Below are positions 27,428 to 37,245 of a stretch of DNA of 64,000 nt, one piece after another; position 1 is the stretch's first letter, and each line of letters starts with the position of its first letter. Source of the DNA: an uncultured Anaerolineales bacterium (GTDB lineage: Bacteria; Chloroflexota; Anaerolineae; Anaerolineales; JABWBV01); NCBI GenBank assembly GCA_964489525.1, contig CAZAYY010000010.1:68934-132933 (forward strand), read 5' to 3'. A model generated the notes under the pieces. The model made no database searches and was not told where the DNA came from. It saw nothing but the letters and a program-made list of their open reading frames with translations. Position numbers and translations under genes: made by a program.

Positions 27428-30343
27428 TTATCGTTCCACTGTAAAGACAACCTGGGTTTCGCTCTGGTTGCCTGCCCGGTCATAGGCAATGGCCGAAAGG
27501 GAATATTCGCCCACGGAAACCCCCAGGGAGAATGCAAAAGGCGCCTGGGTAAGGGTGGTTTGCAGCCTGCCGTTCAAGAATACCTCCACCCGATCAAGGG
27601 CCAGTTCGTCCTGGGCGTTTAGCTGAACCGTAATCCTGCGGGTTTCGGCTGCGGGGAACACCTGGTCTTGTTCGGGGTAGGTGAACCCAACTTCAGGCGG
27701 CTGGTTGTCCACTGTAACCTGCAAAATCGAGGTTTGGGTGCGCCGGTCAGCGGCAATCACCTGCAAACGGATGGCAAACAGTCCGTTCAACCCGGCGGTA
27801 TCCCAGGCCGCCAGGAGATCATCTTCAACCGGCAGTGGCTGCTCTTCCCCCACCAGCAGCCACTGCTGGGGGTTCAACCCCTGGCCCACCTGCACCCGGT
27901 AGCTGGCAAAATCAGCGCCAGCAGCCGTGCCAAGAATATCCACCACACCCCGCACATAGGCAAACATGGCTGGCCGGGAAACCTGCGCCCCGGCTGGCTG
28001 GTTGGCTGGCATGGAAACCAGGTCGTAGACTTCGGGAGGTGTGGGAACCCCGGCAGACTGCGCCCAGCCTGCCGCTTCGGGGGGAACCACCATGTACACC
28101 CTTGTTTCAACCAGGGAGGGAGGGGTAAAAACGGTGGCAAGATAGCCAGTTTCTCGGTTGATTTGAAAACGACGATACAGTGTGTCGTACTGAACCGGTT
28201 CACTGCCTGGGGCAAAAACCTCGCGCACCGTAACCGGGCAGTCCTGGGTGGGAAGCTGGCCGGAAGGGTCACAAACCTCAATTGTGCTGATACCCGGCGG
28301 GGTTCGCCAGGCTTCTGGAGGCAAATCCTGGCTGGAGACTTTTGCCAGCGCGTGCCAGGCACCTGCGGCAGCCAGCGCAGGCACGGTGCCTGGCACGCCA
28401 CCTGCGGGTTGACTGGCGCCAATCCACACACCCACAATACGTTGCGGGGTTTGGCCGACAGCCCAGCTTTGCTGCTGGTCACTGGTGCGGCCAATTTTTA
28501 CAGCGGCCGGACGGCCAATTTCCAACACATTCGGGTGCCCAAGGCTGGGCCAACGGGCCGCTTCATCGCTGAGAATGTTGACCAAAAGATAGGCCAGTTG
28601 GGCACTGATCACAGGCCGGGCCTGGGGCGGGCCGGCGTCGTACAAAATATTGCCAAAAACATCTTCTACCCGCAGCATTGCCCCTGGCGAGAGCGTGGGC
28701 ACACCCGGCAAAAATTCGGCCTGCCCTGCCAACCCGTATGGATACCCCACCAACACCCCTTGCGCACCAAATGCCCCAAAGGCATGCGCTGCGTCCAACA
28801 AAGAAAGGCTGCCACCATCAAAAATCAGCCCAAGGGCGCTTTCCCCAGGGGGAACGTTCAGCGCGGGCAGGCCAAGCTGCTGGGCAGTTTTCCAAACGGT
28901 TTCAGGCCCAACCAGCCCAAGCGCAAACACAGCCGGGGCAAGGTAATCGTTGGCAAGGGCGGTGCGCATGCGCATGGGGCCATGCGAAACGCCGTCCAGG
29001 TTGGGGGTAACGGATATGCCAACGGGCAGGCTGGCTGGAATATCCCAAACCAGGGAGGCAGGGTTAAAGCCGCGGGTGAAGGCACTCAGGTATACATACG
29101 GGGTTAAGAGCGAACCCGGGGGTGGTGCAGCAAGCCGGTTTAAGGGCTGGCCATCTGCTGCCAATGCTGCCAGAGCCAACACCTGCCCTGAGGCGGGGTC
29201 CAGCACCACCACATTGCCGGCAGTGTTCGGGGGCAGGGCCTGGCCTGGATTGTCCAGGCTGGGCAGCAGCCGGGCCCCTGTACACTGCGGGGCGATGCTG
29301 GTGCTGGCCTGTTCGGGCGCAACGAAGCGGGAAAGCTGGGCTGCCAACACACATTCCGCCTGGGATTGCAGCGCCGCGTCCAGCGTGGTCACAACCCGGT
29401 AGCCCCCCCTTTGCAGTTCTTCAAGTGTAAAAAGGCCTGTAAGCTGGTTTTGGACAAGGTTCAAAAATGCATCGGTGCCAGCAAATGCGGCGGGCGGCTC
29501 GATGCGCACGTTTGGGCGAGCAGCCCGGGCAGCCTGCAAAGCGGCAGGTTCGGCCAGGCCCTGGGTCTCCATTTGCTGTAAGACCTCAATCTGGCGTTCA
29601 AAAGCGGCTTCAGGAGTGTCTATTGGATTCAAGGCAGGCGCGTCCAGGATGGCGGCAAGCAGGGCGGCTTCCGCCAGGGTGAGGGCAGCGGCATGCTTGT
29701 CAAAATACAGTCGGGCCGCCGGCTCAACCCCATAAGCCAGCTTGCCAAAGTGGGCACTGGTTAAGTACCAGGCCAACACCTGCTCGCGGCCATACTGGCG
29801 GGTTAGCTGGGCGGCCAGCAGGCGCTCGCGCAGCGAACGGCGCAGCCCTGGGGCTTCGTCCTGGGTCAGCAGTGTCGAAACCAGGCGCAGGGCAATGGTG
29901 TTGGGCTGCTGGCCTGTCCAATCGCCGGGCAAATAGCCAGCGTGCTGCCAGAATGTCGGGTCAATGGCGGCCACCACGGCATCTACCAGGGTTTTGGGAA
30001 TGTAATTTTCCTGGCTGTTATCCAGAGTGAGTGGGATGCGCGGGCCAGCCAGTGGATTGGCCATTTCATACAACACCACCTGACCGGTGCGGTCGGTAAA
30101 TGAGGTGGGATGCAGCAAGCGTCCATCCGGGCCATCCAGCAGGCCAGGCAGTGCCGCTACCGAAGGCAGCCCGGCAGTAATTTGGACGTAAAACAGTGCC
30201 GCTGCAACAGCCCCCAAGGCCAAAACCAGGCTGAATGCCAGCGCCAGACCAACCGCCAGCCGGCGTAGCCGCTGGACTGTGGCACGTTCGGCACGCTCGC
30301 GCCGGCGGGAACGGGCGCGAATGACATCTACCGGGGTTTGCAT
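27428..30343 (-). CDS. class A penicillin-binding protein (glycosyltransferase GT51 + transpeptidase) with C-terminal Ig-like domains
   Basis: Start at ATG 30343 (MQTPVDVIRARSRRRE...). N-terminal TM helix, GT51-like AIDPTFWQHAGY, and a long transpeptidase region. Confidence 0.8.
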   Translation of the reverse strand: MQTPVDVIRARSRRRERAERATVQRLRRLAVGLALAFSLVLALGAVAAALFYVQITAGLPSVAALPGLLDGPDGRLLHPTSFTDRTGQVVLYEMANPLAGPRIPLTLDNSQENYIPKTLVDAVVAAIDPTFWQHAGYLPGDWTGQQPNTIALRLVSTLLTQDEAPGLRRSLRERLLAAQLTRQYGREQVLAWYLTSAHFGKLAYGVEPAARLYFDKHAAALTLAEAALLAAILDAPALNPIDTPEAAFERQIEVLQQMETQGLAEPAALQAARAARPNVRIEPPAAFAGTDAFLNLVQNQLTGLFTLEELQRGGYRVVTTLDAALQSQAECVLAAQLSRFVAPEQASTSIAPQCTGARLLPSLDNPGQALPPNTAGNVVVLDPASGQVLALAALAADGQPLNRLAAPPPGSLLTPYVYLSAFTRGFNPASLVWDIPASLPVGISVTPNLDGVSHGPMRMRTALANDYLAPAVFALGLVGPETVWKTAQQLGLPALNVPPGESALGLIFDGGSLSLLDAAHAFGAFGAQGVLVGYPYGLAGQAEFLPGVPTLSPGAMLRVEDVFGNILYDAGPPQARPVISAQLAYLLVNILSDEAARWPSLGHPNVLEIGRPAAVKIGRTSDQQQSWAVGQTPQRIVGVWIGASQPAGGVPGTVPALAAAGAWHALAKVSSQDLPPEAWRTPPGISTIEVCDPSGQLPTQDCPVTVREVFAPGSEPVQYDTLYRRFQINRETGYLATVFTPPSLVETRVYMVVPPEAAGWAQSAGVPTPPEVYDLVSMPANQPAGAQVSRPAMFAYVRGVVDILGTAAGADFASYRVQVGQGLNPQQWLLVGEEQPLPVEDDLLAAWDTAGLNGLFAIRLQVIAADRRTQTSILQVTVDNQPPEVGFTYPEQDQVFPAAETRRITVQLNAQDELALDRVEVFLNGRLQTTLTQAPFAFSLGVSVGEYSLSAIAYDRAGNQSETQVVFTVER

Positions 30344-30533
30344 ACAGGCAATTGTACAACAAAACCGCCTCCGTAGGGGTGATATCCCAACATAAGGTGT
30401 ACGCAAATGTCCAACCCCCCCTGGCAGGCCAGGGGGTTCAGCGCCTGCATCATGCTATAATCAAGCTGGGCGCGGTGTGAACCGCTGGTTCTTACCCCTG
30501 ACACCTGTGCATCTTAAGTAAAGGAGCGGCGAT

Positions 30534-31679
30534 ATGACCCAACAACCCGATTGGGAAACCTGGAGAGCCGAATTTCCCGGGCTGCAGAAGTCCACCTACA
30601 TGAACACCGTTTCGCTGGGCCAGCTGTCGCGGCGTTCGCGTTCTGCGGTCAACCGATTTTTGGATCTATGGACCGAGCGCGGCGCCTCTGCCTGGTATGC
30701 CTATTGGCTGCAAGAAATTGACGGCCTGCGCCGGGAATTTGCCCGTTTGGTGGGGGCCTCGGTTGAAGAAGTGGCCGTGCTGCCCAACATCTCTTCGGCA
30801 TTGGGCGCCATCAGCGCCAACCTCAACATCTCCCAAAGACCCAAGGTGGTTTCGTGTGCGCTGGATTTCCCCACTCAAACCCACCATTTTTTGGCCTTAC
30901 GCGAAAAAGGCGTTCATGTTGAAATCGTCCCCAGCCCAGACAACGTGGGCGTGCCCCTGGAAGCCTTTGAACACGCCATTGACGAACAAACTGCGCTGGT
31001 TGCCACCAGCAGGGTGTACTTCACCAGCGGCTATATTCAGGATGTAAAAACCCTGGCCAGGCTGGCGCATGCCAAAGGCGCCCTCTGCCTGGTGGACGAC
31101 TACCAGGGCACCGGGCAGGTGCCGATTGATGTCAAACAAACCGGGGTAGACATTTTGATGACGGGGGGACTGAAATGGCTGATTGGCGGCCCTGGGGTTG
31201 CCTATATGTATGTGCGCCGGGAACTCATCCCCAAGCTGCATCCCGGCGTGGCTGGCTGGTTTGGCAGCGACCGCCAGTTCGATTTCGACCCGTTTGCGTT
31301 TTCACCGCGCCCGGACGCCCGACGCTTTGAAGCCGGAACCCCGGCCGTTGGGGCTGTCTATGCGGCCAAAGCCGGGCTGGAAATCATCAATGAAATCGGG
31401 CCGGAAGCCATTCGCAGCCGGGCACATGCCCTGAACCAGGACCTGGTTGCCCGGCTCCAGGCACGCGGCTACTCGCTGCGCATCCCGGCCAACCCGGACC
31501 AGCAGGCTGCCATCACCATTTTGGAAGCCGAAAACAATGCCGAAATTGTCAGCAAGCTGGCCGACCGGCGCATTATCGTAGACAAACGCCCCAGGGCTGT
31601 GCGCCTTTCCACCTACTTCTACAACACCTTTGATGAAAACGAAATCCTGGTCAGCGCGCTGGACGAGATTCTGGGCTGA
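30534..31679 (+). CDS. aminotransferase class V-fold PLP-dependent enzyme (cysteine desulfurase/kynureninase-like)
   Basis: 381 aa. TYMNTVSLGQLS..., MTGGLKWLIGGPG (PLP-Lys region). Confidence 0.75.
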   Translation: MTQQPDWETWRAEFPGLQKSTYMNTVSLGQLSRRSRSAVNRFLDLWTERGASAWYAYWLQEIDGLRREFARLVGASVEEVAVLPNISSALGAISANLNISQRPKVVSCALDFPTQTHHFLALREKGVHVEIVPSPDNVGVPLEAFEHAIDEQTALVATSRVYFTSGYIQDVKTLARLAHAKGALCLVDDYQGTGQVPIDVKQTGVDILMTGGLKWLIGGPGVAYMYVRRELIPKLHPGVAGWFGSDRQFDFDPFAFSPRPDARRFEAGTPAVGAVYAAKAGLEIINEIGPEAIRSRAHALNQDLVARLQARGYSLRIPANPDQQAAITILEAENNAEIVSKLADRRIIVDKRPRAVRLSTYFYNTFDENEILVSALDEILG

Positions 31680-31720
31680 ATTCTGCACAAAAATCACCGG
31701 TTGACGATACAATACAGGCA

Positions 31721-32080
31721 ATGAGACGCTGGCTTTTTTTCCTCCTGGCCATTGGGCTGGGTTTTTTCCTGGGCTGGTACTACACCACCTCGGTTGACCC
31801 TGTCCAGGTGATTGACACCACCCCCGACACCCTGCGAACCGACTACCAGACCGATTATGTTCTGATGGTCGCAGAGGTATATCAAAGCCAGGGCGACCCA
31901 TCCCAGGCAGCCCGCAGCCTGGCCCTGCTGGGCGCACCCAACCCGGCAGAAAGCGTGCGGACGGCGCTTCAGTTCGCCACAGATAACAACTACCCCGAAG
32001 CGGAGCAGGCTTTGCTGCTCGGTTTACTCACTGGCCTGCAGCAGTGGAACCCTTCCCCGGCAGGAGCCGCCACCCCATGA
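31721..32080 (+). CDS. small membrane-anchored hypothetical protein
   Basis: N-terminal TM helix. The domain after the TM is paralogous to the N-terminus of the next gene. Confidence 0.5.
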   Translation: MRRWLFFLLAIGLGFFLGWYYTTSVDPVQVIDTTPDTLRTDYQTDYVLMVAEVYQSQGDPSQAARSLALLGAPNPAESVRTALQFATDNNYPEAEQALLLGLLTGLQQWNPSPAGAATP

Positions 32081-32997
32081 CCGAAGAACGCCGCGGCCCG
32101 TGGTACCTGTTTACTGGCTTGTTTATTGGCCTGGTGCTTGGCCTTTTTGCCGGCTGGATGTTGGTGCCTGTTCAAATCGCGGATACCTCCCCCGCTGCAT
32201 TGCGCGAAGATTTTAAACGCGAATACCTCGTACAAATTGCCCTGGCTTTCGCCGCAACCAATGATGAGCAGCGCGCCCAATCGCGACTGGCTTTGCTGAG
32301 AGACTCCAACCTGCCAGAAACCGTGGCGGCCCTGGCTCAGCGTTCCCTGGCAGATGGACGCCCCGAAGCCGAAGTGCAGGCCTTGGGGTTGTTGGTCCCG
32401 GTGGCCAGCAACCTGAATTCGGCACCCACCGCTGCCCCGGCTTTCACAACCACGCAGGAACCCAGCGCAACCCCCACCCTGGAACCCACGGCCACCCCAA
32501 CCCAGACCCCCAGCCCGACCACAGCCCCCAGCGCCACCCCCACCCAAACCACCCGGCCTTCCAACACGCCTGAAATCACGGGCACACTCCCCACCCAGGA
32601 AGCCAGCGCCACCCCAACCCCCAGCCCAGAACCCAGCGCCACCCCAACGCCAACCCCCACCCCGGCCTCGCCGTTTATCCTGGAAGCCCGCAACCGGCTG
32701 TGCAGCCTGGATTACCCCGAACCGCGCCTGATTGTGCGCACCCGCAACGCCGCCGGTGGCCCCGTTCCGGGGGTCGAAATTATCATCAACTGGCCCGGAA
32801 ATGAAGAGCACTTTTTCACGGGTTTGAAACCCGAACTGGGACTGGATTACGCAGATTTCACCCTGACCCCCTTCATCTCCTATACCCTGCGGTTGGAAGA
32901 CGGCAGCCAGCGGCTGACCGACCTGGCCACAGAAGAATGCACCACCGCCGGGGTAAAAACCTGGGTGTCCTGGGAACTGATTTTTGCCCAACCTTAA
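32077..32997 (+). CDS. membrane-anchored hypothetical protein with Pro/Thr-rich linker
   Basis: ATG 32077 overlaps the previous stop (ATGA). N-terminus paralogous to 31721..32080. A ~70-aa PT-rich linker precedes the C-terminal globular domain. Confidence 0.55.
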   Translation: MTEERRGPWYLFTGLFIGLVLGLFAGWMLVPVQIADTSPAALREDFKREYLVQIALAFAATNDEQRAQSRLALLRDSNLPETVAALAQRSLADGRPEAEVQALGLLVPVASNLNSAPTAAPAFTTTQEPSATPTLEPTATPTQTPSPTTAPSATPTQTTRPSNTPEITGTLPTQEASATPTPSPEPSATPTPTPTPASPFILEARNRLCSLDYPEPRLIVRTRNAAGGPVPGVEIIINWPGNEEHFFTGLKPELGLDYADFTLTPFISYTLRLEDGSQRLTDLATEECTTAGVKTWVSWELIFAQP

Positions 32998-33578
32998 GGG
33001 CTGGCTTTCAAACGGGCATAGCCCTTTTCCCCCAATAAATAGCGAAGTTCTTCTTCAAAAATAAGAACCAACGGGGCACCCTGGCTGGCCCGGCGCAGGC
33101 AGCTGGCTGGTTCATCCACCATTTCTGCGGCGGCGTCCAGGGTGATGCGCCCTTCTTCGTCCAGGTCCAGGGGATGTAAAATGCAGTAAAAGGGTTTATA
33201 ACGCCAGGGGTGCAGCCCGGCAGCCTGGGCGGCACTTTGGAGTGCACATTGAAAATCAGGGCGCATGAAGATACAGGCTGTCCCACCATAATGGTCAGGG
33301 GATTCAACCACGCTGGTGTGGACGACTTCGCCGCTCAGGGCGTGCCTGTCGGCGGCGCGGCGGTCATCAAACCATAAAGCCGGGTCTGCGTGTTCGGGGG
33401 GCAGGTGGGGAATCAATAGCCGGGCATTGCGCAAGATTTCGGATGCCTGGTGCTGGTCTACCCAGGCACCATACACACAGCAGGCCGCCTGGCAGTTGGG
33501 GAAACCGCAGCGCTGCACAGCCTCAATGTCCCGCATCCGGGGGTTTACCCGCTGCATACCCTGGCCCTCGTGCCCCAA
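32994..33578 (-). CDS. Cys-rich hypothetical protein (possible Fe-S/Zn-binding, DUF3109/YkgJ-like)
   Basis: GFPNCQAACCVYGAWVD plus further Cys/His residues. The assignment is weak. Confidence 0.45.
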   Translation of the reverse strand: MGHEGQGMQRVNPRMRDIEAVQRCGFPNCQAACCVYGAWVDQHQASEILRNARLLIPHLPPEHADPALWFDDRRAADRHALSGEVVHTSVVESPDHYGGTACIFMRPDFQCALQSAAQAAGLHPWRYKPFYCILHPLDLDEEGRITLDAAAEMVDEPASCLRRASQGAPLVLIFEEELRYLLGEKGYARLKASP

Positions 33579-33587
33579 AGCGTGGTT

Positions 33588-34475
33588 TTAGCGGCTGTTC
33601 CAGTCGGGCTTGGTCAGGGCGTAACAACGCAGGTCGCGGTATTTGCCCATCGAATAACCATAGGCACGGCGCACGCCTTCGTCCAAAAAACCCAGGCGGC
33701 GCACCACACCCGATTCCAACTCGGCCTCTGGTTCCAGCAGCACTTCCACCCGGTAAACCGGGGCAAGCGGCTCGAGGTTGAAGAGGTAATCCAGGATGGT
33801 CGTCAGCGCCTCATCCACCAGTCCCTGGCGCATCTGTTCGGGCGAACTGGAAAAACTGAGCTGGGCGCTGTGAGCTTCGGGTCTGCCCAGGATGGCAGCC
33901 ACTTTGCCAGCAGATTCGTCGGGCCGGTCGCGGCGCACAATCCGCCAGGCCAAGGTGCGGCGGCGGACGTTGCCCCCATCATGCGGGTCTGTGTTGCGGT
34001 CTTCTTGCAGCGCCAGGCGGCCAGTTCCCAGGACCGGAAAAGGGGTTGCGCTCAGCGCCCCGGTGCCCCGGCGAGTTTCATATAATTCCACCAGCACGCC
34101 ATAAGCCGCAGAAGGATGGATAAAGGCCATGCGCGCCCCCCCGGCGCCAATGGTAGGGGTTTCGTTAATCAGGCGGATATTGAGGGCTTTCAAACGAGCC
34201 AGCACAGCATCCAGGCTGCGCACTTCCAAACACAGGTGATGAATGCCTGGCCCGCGTTTTTCGAGGTATTTGGCAATTCCAGAAGTGGTGGTGGTTGGCT
34301 TCACCAGTTCCACTTCGCTGTCGCCCGTAGGCAGAAAGGCCACAATGGATTCCTGGGACGACACCTCTTCCACATGGGTCAGCTCGAGGCCAAGCGCGTC
34401 GCGCCAGAAGCCGAGGGCCGCATCCAGGTCGTCCACTACAATGGCAACATGGTTAATTTTTTCAACAGCAGGCAT
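33588..34475 (-). CDS. methylmalonyl-CoA epimerase (VOC fold) fused to a C-terminal GNAT (RimJ/RimL-like) acetyltransferase domain
   Basis: N-terminal ~135 aa: INHVAIVVDDLDAALGFW..., GIHHLCLEV, AFIHPSAAYGVLVELYE. C-terminal ~150 aa: FPVLGTGRLALQ..., YRVEVLLEPEAELESGVVRRLGFLDEG. Confidence 0.75.
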   Translation of the reverse strand: MPAVEKINHVAIVVDDLDAALGFWRDALGLELTHVEEVSSQESIVAFLPTGDSEVELVKPTTTTSGIAKYLEKRGPGIHHLCLEVRSLDAVLARLKALNIRLINETPTIGAGGARMAFIHPSAAYGVLVELYETRRGTGALSATPFPVLGTGRLALQEDRNTDPHDGGNVRRRTLAWRIVRRDRPDESAGKVAAILGRPEAHSAQLSFSSSPEQMRQGLVDEALTTILDYLFNLEPLAPVYRVEVLLEPEAELESGVVRRLGFLDEGVRRAYGYSMGKYRDLRCYALTKPDWNSR

Positions 34476-34494
34476 GGTTCACCTCCAAACACAG

Positions 34495-36147
34495 TCAGAG
34501 CAGTTGGGGCGGTTCGTATTCGCCCCAAACCTGGCGCAAGGTGTGGCAAATTTCGCCCAGGGTCACCTGGTTTTCCACGCAGTGAATCATCAGTGGAACC
34601 AGGTTTTCAGAACCCTGGGCTGCCTGGGCCAGGTTGGCGCGCAGGTCGGCCACTTTGGGGTTGTCGCGGCGGGTGCGCAAGTCTGCCAGGCGGGCTTGTT
34701 GGGCCTGTTCAATGGCCGGGTCTACTTTAAGCTGGTCGAGCTGGAGGGTTTCCTGGGTTTGGAATGCGTTCACCCCAACCACAATCTGCTCCCCTGCCTC
34801 CAGGCCGCGCTGGTAGCGGTAGGCGGCTTCCTGGATTTGGTTTTGAATAAAACCCTGCTCCAAAGCTGCCAGGGCGCCGCCTTGGGCGTCAATTTCGGCA
34901 ATCAAGGCTTCGGCGCGGGCTTCAATTTCGTCGGTTAGCTGCTCCACCAGGTACGACCCGGCCAGGGGGTCCACGGTGTCGGCCACTCCCGACTCGTTGG
35001 CGATAATCTGCTGGGTGCGCAGCGCCACTCGAACGGCGCTTTCGGTGGGCAGCCAGAGGGCTTCATCCATCGAATTGGTGTGCAGCGACTGCGTGCCGCC
35101 CATCACGGCAGCCAGAGCCTGCAGCGCCACCCGCACCACGTTGTTCTCCGGCTGTTGGGCGGTCAGGGTGGAGCCGCCGGTTTGGGTGTGAAAGCGCAGC
35201 TTGAGCGAGTTGGGGTTTTGGGCTTTGAAACGATCCTTCATAATGCGCGCCCAAAGCCGCCGGGCTGCCCGGAACTTGGCCACTTCTTCCAAAAAGTGGT
35301 TGTGGGCATTGAAGAAGAACGAAAGCTGGTCGGCAAAGCTGTCCACATCCAGGCCGGCCTCTATGGCCGCCTGGACATAGGCAATGCCGTTGGCCAGGGT
35401 GAAGCCCACTTCCTGCACGGCCGTGGAACCCGCTTCGCGAATGTGGTAGCCGGAGATGCTGATGGTGTTCCAGTGCGGCACCTCCGCCCGGCAGTATTTA
35501 AACAGGTCGGTAATCAGGCGCATGGAAGGGGCGGGCGGGAAGATGTAGGTACCCCGGGCAATATATTCTTTCAGGATATCGTTCTGCACGGTGCCGCGTA
35601 GTTTTTCGGGGGCCACACCCTGGCGTTTGCCTACTGCCACGTACATGGCCAGCAGAATGGTGGCCGGGGCGTTGATGGTCATACTGGTGGAAACCCGGTC
35701 GAGCGGAATGCCGCGAAAGAGGGTTTCCATATCTTCCAGGGATGAAATCGAAACGCCCACTTTACCCACTTCGCCCAATGCCAGTGGGTCGTCGGCATCG
35801 TAGCCAATTTGGGTGGGCAGGTCAAAGGCCACCGAAAGACCGCTTTGCCCCTGGGCCAGCAGGTAGTGGTAGCGCTGGTTGGACTCTTCCGCGGAAGCAT
35901 AGCCGGCGTACTGGCGCATGGTCCAGAAGCGCCCGCGGTACATGGTGGGCTGGACGCCGCGGGTGAAGGGGTATTCCCCTGGGTAGCCTAATTTTTCCGG
36001 GTAGGGTTCGGCCTCCGGAGGGAAAGCCACCCGCGGCATTTCAATGCCGGAAGAGGTTTCAAATTTTGGTTTGCGTTCAGGGAATTTTTTAAGCGAGGGA
36101 TGAAGGGTTTCCTTCTCCCAGTTTTCTTTTGCACCTGGTGTGGACAT
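34495..36147 (-). CDS. methylmalonyl-CoA mutase family, large catalytic (TIM-barrel) subunit without B12-binding domain
   Basis: 550 aa. [57 protein letters not shown]. Confidence 0.9.
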   Translation of the reverse strand: MSTPGAKENWEKETLHPSLKKFPERKPKFETSSGIEMPRVAFPPEAEPYPEKLGYPGEYPFTRGVQPTMYRGRFWTMRQYAGYASAEESNQRYHYLLAQGQSGLSVAFDLPTQIGYDADDPLALGEVGKVGVSISSLEDMETLFRGIPLDRVSTSMTINAPATILLAMYVAVGKRQGVAPEKLRGTVQNDILKEYIARGTYIFPPAPSMRLITDLFKYCRAEVPHWNTISISGYHIREAGSTAVQEVGFTLANGIAYVQAAIEAGLDVDSFADQLSFFFNAHNHFLEEVAKFRAARRLWARIMKDRFKAQNPNSLKLRFHTQTGGSTLTAQQPENNVVRVALQALAAVMGGTQSLHTNSMDEALWLPTESAVRVALRTQQIIANESGVADTVDPLAGSYLVEQLTDEIEARAEALIAEIDAQGGALAALEQGFIQNQIQEAAYRYQRGLEAGEQIVVGVNAFQTQETLQLDQLKVDPAIEQAQQARLADLRTRRDNPKVADLRANLAQAAQGSENLVPLMIHCVENQVTLGEICHTLRQVWGEYEPPQLL

Positions 36148-36256
36148 AATACCTGCCTTTTCGGTGTAATGGATCGTTGTGTTCGCCCAGGCGAACCATT
36201 TTCCATAATTTAGTATACCCCAACCGGAAATTTCCGGGCTGGCTGAAAAATGGGAG

Positions 36257-36386
36257 CATGCAAAAGATGTTGGTTCCTGTTAAATGGGGTTCGATAATGC
36301 CATGCCTAGGGCCTTGGCGCTCTGGTTGGGCGGCGTTCTATGATCATGCCGCCCCGCTGGGGGGCAGGGCTAAAGCCGTGACGACA
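36257..36386 (+). repeat. ~130-bp interspersed repeat, copy B
   Basis: See copy A (10881-11010). It sits in a 750-bp non-coding gap together with other short repeat fragments, such as GATTGCTTCGCTTCGCTCGCAACGAC near 36510. Confidence 0.55.
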
Positions 36387-36693
36387 AAGGAGGAGACACA
36401 GGAAGTGACCGAGATATTTATGAAAAAAACTCAGTGGCTTTCTGAATTTTTTCTCTATGGTTCTCGGTGTAAACCAAATCACAATGCCCTTTTGGTTCGG
36501 AAACGGGAGATTGCTTCGCTTCGCTCGCAACGACATCCCCGGTAACGGCATCCCTGTCATTTCGCTGCGAAGGTGTAGGGGCGCAGGGGTAGATTTTTTT
36601 CCCCTGGTGGTCGCCAACCTATCCCTGAGCTCCTACACGAATGGAGACACCCAAGGTACGGATTCCCTCGGGCATCCCCACAAAATTAGGTGT

Positions 36694-36722
36694 TTGACAG
36701 CTTTTATTAACCTGGGTATAAT
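36694..36722 (+). promoter_or_regulatory. consensus sigma70-type promoter (TTGACA-17-TATAAT)
   Basis: TTGACA at 36694-36699, exact 17-nt spacer, TATAAT at 36717-36722. About 180 nt upstream of infA. Confidence 0.55.
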
Positions 36723-36836
36723 GAAGGTGCGGTCAATAGATTCGCAAAGTATTCCGCGTGCTTGCCAGTTTGTCACCATCAGGAGCAATAACGGCCAAAT
36801 ATTTTTTGTTGCAGCTTGTCCCCCTGGAAATTCAAA

Positions 36837-36869
36837 CGGCAGCGCGTTCTTACTGCCGATTTTTATTTT
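36837..36869 (+). terminator. terminator-like hairpin inside the infA leader
   Basis: CGGCAG-N10-CTGCCG followed by ATTTTTATTTTA. Lies 36 nt upstream of the infA ATG. Confidence 0.4.
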
Positions 36870-36904
36870 AAAACCAGGAAACAACAATCTATGGAGGTTT
36901 TTTT

Positions 36905-37156
36905 ATGACAAAAGAAGATGATAAGCTGCTGCTCGAGGGGATGATTATCGAAGCCCTACCCGCCACCCAATTCAAGGTTAAGCTGGATAACGGGCACGAA
37001 GTGTTGGCTTACCTTTCTGGCAAAATGCGCAAGCATTATATTCGCATCCTGCTGGGCGACCGGGTTCGCCTGGAAATTTCGCCCTACGACCTGACCCGCG
37101 GCAGAATTGTATACCGGCATAAAAAAGTCGGCAGCAAGCTGGTCGAAGAAGCGTAA
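36905..37156 (+). CDS. infA: translation initiation factor IF-1
   Basis: [70 protein letters not shown]. Confidence 0.9.
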   Translation: MTKEDDKLLLEGMIIEALPATQFKVKLDNGHEVLAYLSGKMRKHYIRILLGDRVRLEISPYDLTRGRIVYRHKKVGSKLVEEA

Positions 37157-37245
37157 ATCGAACCCTCCCATTTCCTGGTTTTTAATGTTCTCTGTTTTTT
37201 TATATTTAAATCCCCGGCTGAATGGTTCGGGGATTTTTTAATTAA

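Noticed and set aside
36283-36300. GGTTCGATAAT resembling a tRNA T-arm
   Set aside because: No acceptor or anticodon stems can be built around it. It is part of the 130-bp repeat, and the other copy lacks the motif.
36177-36921. ORFs 36177..36545 (122 aa) and 36457..36921 (154 aa) in the mutase/infA gap
   Set aside because: They are assembled from interspersed repeat fragments and the promoter and leader of infA. They have no RBS and no family resemblance.
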